From the NCBI GenBank assembly GCA_951406725.2, contig OX597814.1:19840001-19904000 (forward strand): a stretch of 64,000 nucleotides of DNA. The letters are read 5' to 3'. Under the pieces are notes generated by a model, which was given only the letters and a program-made list of their open reading frames with translations, had not been told where the DNA came from and made no database searches. A program made the position numbers and the translations under genes. Below, piece by piece: positions 57,468-64,000 of the stretch (positions are counted from its first letter, which is position 1; each line of letters begins with the position of its first letter). Source of the stretch: Octopus vulgaris. Its lineage: Eukaryota.

Positions 57468-58318
57468 TATGTTTGACTTTTGCTTTATGTCTGTACAAGT
57501 TGGCTCCAAGTCTCACCCAGAGACCTCAAGAGACAACAGGTTGGAAGTTCACGTTGTTGTTATGCCTAGTGTGCCATATATTTGGTTGTTTTTTTTTGTG
57601 TTGTACTAGTGAATTTTTTTTTAAATGTTTGTTTTAAACCTTGGGATTACATAGAGAGTATTTTGCGTAGGATATGAGCAGTTCCCATGAGCACTATCTT
57701 TTGAATTTCTGCCATTTTGGGGTTTCCTGGTATCTGAGTTAGGTAGCAATCAGCCCCTTTCGCTATCATTCCCAGGGCACCTATGACAACAGGTATTGTT
57801 TTAGTCTTCAGCTTCCACATTTTGCTGATTTCTATTTCAAGATCTTTATATTTGCTCAGTTTTTGGTAGGTCTTGACAGATACGTTTATATCGATTGGGA
57901 CAGTCATATCAATGAGGAGGCATGTTCTTTGTCTGAAGTCTTTCAATATGATGTCTGGCCTATTTGCATCTATCTTTCTGTCAGTTTGGATGGTGAAGTT
58001 CCAGAGGAGTGAGATGTGGTCATTTTCAAGCACTGGGGGTGGATTGTGTTCCCACCAGTTTTTTTCATGGGGCAAATCCAGGTGTTTGCAAATTACCCAG
58101 TGAATATATTGTGCAGCTCTATCATGCCTGTTGAGGTACTCTGTAGGCGCTAGAAGACTGCATTTAGAGACAACATGATCAATGGTCTCATTTTGTTGTC
58201 GGCATACACGACATGTTGGGCTACTGTCTTTCTTTAATATGTTGGCCTGGTAGTTTCTTGTTGGTAGGCATTGATCTTGAGCTGCTATGATAAACCCTTC
58301 TGTTTCAGATTTTAAGCC
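57465..58318 (-). mobile_element. R4/Dong-type family 3, 5'-truncated, open frame 57647-58318
   Basis: Motifs GLKSETEGFIIAAQDQ, CRVC...HVVSKC, RHD, ANRPDIILKD, IDMTVP and KLSKYKDLEIE, with (TAA)n at both ends. Confidence 0.92.
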
Positions 58319-58336
58319 AATTATTATTATTATTAT

Positions 58337-58736
58337 TCAGTAGTTTTATTTTTATAGCGTGATTTCACTTCACTACCAAGCGCAGCTCTGTGTGCCTTGG
58401 GTATGTGCTGTGATTTGTTGTGATGCTCTGATGGTTATTGTATGGAAAGTGTTCTGCGTAGGATGTGTGCAGTGCCTAGTAGTGCAATTTTCTGTATGTT
58501 ATATGTGTTTGTAAGTCCTGGTGTTTTTGTTATGTATTTGTCTGAATATTTTTTTATCATGCCTAATGCACCTACTATGATAGGAATTGTTTCTGTTTTC
58601 AGATTTCACATTCTAGTTACCTCTATTTCCAGGTCTTTGTATTTTGAGAGTTTCTCCATTTCTTTTAGAGACACGTTGTCATCTGCCGGTATTGATACAT
58701 CAATTAGAAAGCATTTTTTTTCTTCATGATCTCTGA
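58337..58736 (-). mobile_element. R4/Dong-type family 2, short 3' copy
   Basis: Near-identical to 53172-53572. Confidence 0.9.
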
Positions 58737-58769
58737 CCACTTCTTGTGGGCTAAGGCGGTATGTTCATT

Positions 58770-59150
58770 TCAAATATCGAATACTTTACAGAGACTCTTT
58801 GTACTACTACGTAACTCTGGTTTCTGGATGTACTCAATTTAAACTTTTACGTCTATCTTTCCGAACAACATTTTAACTTCTTTGCTAACTGTATCTCAGA
58901 TACCAGTAATTATTGGTACACTATACACCTTTTTCACTGACCATAGCTTTTGGATTTCTCTCTTCAGAGCGTCATACCTTCTTTTTCAGCGACTCTACTG
59001 TCCTCAAAATTGATAAAGCGTCAGATAAAAGTGTTTTGTTGTATTTAGCTACATCTCTTTGGCTTTCACTTTTCCAAAATCGATCAAACAAGTGCCTTTA
59101 GTATACTGAGAATCGACTGATAAAACTACAGCACCTCAGCCTAACATTAT
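58770..59150 (-). mobile_element. Very old REL-domain remnant
   Basis: Minus-strand remnants DALKREI, KLWSVKKV and VPIITG. Confidence 0.45.
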
Positions 59151-59434
59151 GTAGCATATGCCAATGTAAGAAGTTGTTATTGTTGTTGGTTTATTATGTA
59201 CTTTATTCATTCCACTTCTTTGTTTTGACATTTCTTACATTAGTGGAAGACCACAGATTTGTAGAAGTCAAATGCGACCGACGAAATGACCGGTTATTGA
59301 CCTTATTGTTCTACCACTAACACACTACCGGAAGTCAAATTTAACACGATAAAATTTAAACTCGTAAAAAGCTAGAAGATGGCAAGAAAGAAAGCGAGAG
59401 AGAAGAGAGAGAGAGAACCAGAGACAGAAAGGAA

Positions 59435-59620
59435 TTTTTCTAATACAAGCACAAAGCCAGCGATTTTGTAGTGAGGGTACTAGTAGATTACATCGACCCT
59501 GAAAAACCGAAAAGCAAAGTCAACCTTGAAATCATTTGAACTAAGAATGTAAAACCGGAAGAAATGCTGCCAAGCATTTTTGTCCGACATGGTAATGATT
59601 CAGCTAGCTCGCCGCCTTCC
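59435..59620 (-). mobile_element. Nin/Deu-domain SINE (diverged)
   Basis: Reverse-complement head aaggcggcgagctagctgaatc and the family tail. Confidence 0.65.
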
Positions 59621-60599
59621 GGATTAAAAGAAAGAATTAAGCATTGAAATACACTTAGTTCGGTGCTTTACCATTTATACTCTGCCACTGCCGATGTTAC
59701 TACAAATACTGTTGCTGACATTAATTCTAGATATATTTTCTTCATTCAGAACTTAAAATATAAAATGTAAGGAAACACATATAAAAAAACATTTTTAAGA
59801 ATAAATAAACATATGTAAAATAAATTTTAAAAATTAATACAAATAAATATATCTAAAATAAATATAAAATTTTAAAAAATAATAAATGTAAAATAAATGA
59901 CAAGTTTGTGTTTGTTATTTCAGATGTCTTTTGCGTATTTAATCAATAGATTTCTCACAGAAGTAATTAATCACTGCTTGCCAAGTATGTTTTGTATTCA
60001 TGTATTATGGATTAATCTCTACTGGGAATGCTCTGCCACATGCCTCAACATACGTCGCAAGTTCTTTATTTCTTCTCACGCATCTATGTATAACGTACAT
60101 ACACACATCCATCCGCGTACGTACACAGATACATATGTAAGTTTGTTGCTGTCGGGTTTTTTTTTTGGGGGGGGGGAGGTTCTGTGAATGGATCCTCGTC
60201 AGCTTCGACAATGATCATTTTTGTTGTTTGATCAGTTGAACAACCTATTCGTTGAATTAGCATGATGCTGGCTGAGTATTCCGCACTCGTAATCCTCGTT
60301 CAGAATCAGCACAGCATAATAACGGTTGATAATGATGCCACGTTGAATTTCATCTACGCAGTTCAAACAAAGGATCCGTTCACAGTTTGTGTTTAGTCCA
60401 TTATACTCACAATGGTTTTGTATTCATATAAGATTATATACCCAAGTCTGTGATATGAAAAAAGAAATGCGATCAAGATGTTACGCGATGTGATTGAACC
60501 CAGGACCTAGAGATTACGAATATAACTTCTCAATCACTAGCCCATGCCTACATTTACCATACCTACATTAACAACGTCATAACCCCGACTCCACCCTCA

Positions 60600-62250
60600 C
60601 CAAGGTGCTAATCTCTCGCGAGATTATCAATCTTTACGGAGTGAACTACAGCATAACCACACAACCGCTCATTAATAACGTAAAGCAAAATTATTAACCA
60701 TTCGTCGAACTTTCCACGACATTAATAAAGAAGCAAAAAACATAGGTGTTTGTCCTAAAATCCATAGCAAACTAGAGACACTTAGCAGAACCTAAGGATT
60801 TATCACGATCAAAGATCATAAAAAAATGTTTTCGCTTCTAATCCTAATCGGATTTGTGAACAAAGAGTATATTAAGGTTAATGACAATATTAGGATAGCT
60901 ACTAGCCTCAACCAATGGAATAATAGTTCGATAATGACAAATTTGCCCAATTTGAAAAAAACTTTTATCCATCGATCTTTGCAGCATTATTACGTGAAAC
61001 ATTAAATTCTGTTAAAAGAAATTACAGCCATACGTGACAATGATATAGGACTTACAATGATCACTAGAAAGCCCTGATTTCCAATAAGGATTCCGCCTTG
61101 GTGACAAGTGGGTGTTTGTTTGATGTAAGTCGTGGATAATTCGATGAGTATATGCGATATTATAAGATTATTTACCTTAGATACTTAAATAAGAAACTCA
61201 TCTATACTGAATGTGGCTCACAAAGAGATGGTGAGGTAGCGTTCTCTAAAAATGTCAATGCTTATACACTAGACACACTAAAGAGAGATATAATAACAAA
61301 CATTATTTTAGGGGAAAAGATCACAGGAAAAAAGATCTCTCAACATAAGAAAAATATAAATCTAGAGTCGGTTCCCTCCTCTTCAAGAAATCATTCACCC
61401 TCTCTCCTCTCATAGTAATCACTCTTTCTCTTACTCCATAAGCAACTATAAGCAGCAGCAGCAGCAGTAGCAGCAGCGATTTCCAGTCAAATAACCGCAT
61501 TAGTATAATTACCGTCTTTTAACGTGAATAAAGAACCCTCTAATTTTGGGGGGCTTAAATTTGAAATAAAATTTTGTAAAGTATTACAAACCTTACTTTT
61601 ATATATAAAGATATACAACTTATAAATAAGGGCAAAATAAAAAATTCCAGTGCCAAATATGCCGATAATAGACTTTAAATCGTCAATAACCACATATAAT
61701 TCATCACTATAAGCACGCTTTCCGAAGCAAACTGACATAAATTTCTAAAAAAATTCCGTTATTACTGAATCGGTCCGATTTCTGAGTTAATTCATAAAGA
61801 TTTTTCTCGTCATCAGCGGTAAATACGTTAAGAAATAAATGAAATATTTACTTGCACCCATGGAAGAAACAGATGCAAAGTCATGAGCACATTTAAGTAC
61901 CCCAAATATATCCAAATAGAAATTTTGTAGTACACCTCAAGACACGTGCGATCAGACTGAAAATTCATGTTTAAGAAACTCCCGTATTTTTTAACCTAAT
62001 TTTTGACAAAAAAAGGGTTCCTTATACACGTTAGAATGCGGTAATTCCTTGAATATCACCCTAGATTTAAACACAGGCTGATATAAACCATATAAAAATC
62101 TAACGAAAATATATTTTATATAAACTCACGTGTATGCCACTCACTTGTGTTTAGCAGAACGATTTCAAATCTTTCTCTTGTGAAGGGATTCTTTAAAAAG
62201 GCAACCTCTTATTATAAAGACACATTAGAAACGATCGGAGGCAGAGAAAT
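60600..62250 (+). mobile_element. Decayed Penelope-like reverse transcriptase, interrupted by a MITE
   Basis: Remnants INKEAK, GFITIKDHK, IRIATSLNQWNN, FDVSRG*FD and GSQRDG. After the insert the frame resumes with FLNITLDLNTG*YKPYK. Confidence 0.7.
61510..62043. mobile_element. pogo/Tigger-like MITE
   Basis: The left TIR taccgtcttttaacgtgaataaagaaccc resembles the reverse complement of the right end, taccgcattctaacgtgtataaggaaccc. TA at both ends. Confidence 0.7.
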
Positions 62251-63154
62251 TTAAGTACATCACCAACCTCGCTCCAACCGAAAAAGGGTCGTATTATTTA
62301 CCTTCAACTCGAAGACAACGAACTACCAGAGTTATTAACAGTCCGGCAAAATGCTTTGTGATATTCTGTCCCTCTTTACGTGTTGAGTTCAAAATCCACC
62401 GAGATCGATTTTGTCTTTCATCCGTTCTGGGTCAATAAAATAAATACCAGATGGTATCAAATAGATAGTATCAAAAATATTTGATGAAGCCAAGGTGATA
62501 TTTAAATTCTAAGTCTGTCACTATAGATACGCGTATTAAGTTCGTCTATGTTATAGGTCATGGCTTCCCTGAATTCAATATTGTGTTTATGTAAATGTGA
62601 GTAGTTGAGCGCACAGTTGCAAAGATTTTAAACATGTCGTCTTGTGGTAGACTCCCGACCTTACCAAACTTTTGCTGGTTTGTGTTCCTTCCAAGCTATA
62701 ACTTTCCTTTATTTCTCTGGGTTTTTTTTTTTTCACTGTAGAAATATATGTCATTATATCAATATTTTTGGTTTTCTTTTTATTCTCTAAGCCTATTCCA
62801 TTTTTTTTTTTTTTTTTTTTGACTGAAAAACAATTTAATTTAAGAAGAATTTTTATAGAATTTAATATGTCTGTTTCGCAAAGGAATTCGGTGAAACACA
62901 ATTTATCGTTTATTTCCTTTTAATTGCTAATGAAAAAAAATTAACTCAACAAATTTTCCAAGGCTGCTCTAAATACACGAAACAGAAGTTTACAAATACT
63001 TGCTATACTAAAGGACGCATCACTTTACAGACGTTTATATGTCGTCCAATTCCTCTTGATAGATGGTCGGTCAGACTTAAAACCAGCCGTTTGAAACTTA
63101 TGATTAAAATTGATTAGGGGGGGCTATTATAAATATGTGTGTGCATGTACATAC

Positions 63155-63261
<107 letters not shown>

Positions 63262-64000
63262 TGCTAATGGCTAGTAGCCAAGATTCCCTATTCTACCATC
63301 TGTGTGTATTCTTTTTGCTGATATCATTTATTGGTCTATAATGTTACTAGGGTACCGCCTTTAATTGTAATGCAACGTTGTGCGTAATATTTGGCGGATG
63401 AAAAAAATTTAATGCTCATTGCTACATTACATTTCCTGTTGGGATGTAAGTTCATCCGAAATATAACAGAAGAATAGCAAGCAGCTGCTTCAGTCTGTCC
63501 GCTTCGCTACACATATCGTTTATGCTCTGAGTAAAGACATGGAATAACTATACTCCTATGAAATCTGAACTGGTTTAATATCTAGTCTTTGCCTGAGATA
63601 ACGATGTTAGCATTTTTGCACTATATAATAGGGGGACCCGCATAGTTTTCAGTTTCAAAGGATACTGCCAGTTCCAATATAACTGATAGAATCTTCTGGA
63701 TGTATATTACCAAAATTTTCCACCATTATTCGTTCCCGGAAGTATAGTGTTTTGGGAAGAGAGTATTTGGTGATTTTGTATGAGGGTAAAACCGGAAACG
63801 GCAAAATTCCGAGCAGAGTACTCCGTGGCATAGAAATGATACGATCCAGGTGCAGCTTTGCAGAGGTGTGTCTGTCCGATGTCGAGAGACTCGAAGGATG
63901 AGCACTTAAAAATAGCAGAGAAGGTAATTGGACGGAGTGATTTAGTGATGTAGAATGCTTAATTTTTGCAGCCGGTGATGGTGGTGCTTAAGAATGGGCT

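Overview
This is AT-rich, microsatellite-dense eukaryotic DNA. Its repeat families resemble those of an Octopus (cephalopod) genome, which is my inference from SINE and LINE content. Almost all listed ORFs are artefacts of simple repeats. The window holds many tRNA-derived SINEs (CORE-like and Nin/Deu-domain families) and decayed RTE, CR1/L2 and Penelope fragments. It also has a mariner relic, a non-autonomous Helitron, MITEs, and an ~11 kb pile-up (47.5-59.2 kb) of co-oriented R4/Dong-type REL retrotransposons in (TAA)n. The only host-gene candidate is a minus-strand exon at ~32.8-33.0 kb encoding a signal peptide plus a glutamate-receptor-like N-terminus. The most notable hidden signal is a set of about eight type I hammerhead ribozyme motifs from at least six unrelated sequence contexts. 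All have palindromic stem III, and some show C3-G8 to U3-A8 covariation. One tandem pair is predicted to release a 583-nt retrozyme-like RNA. Coordinates were counted by hand, and repeat boundaries are approximate.
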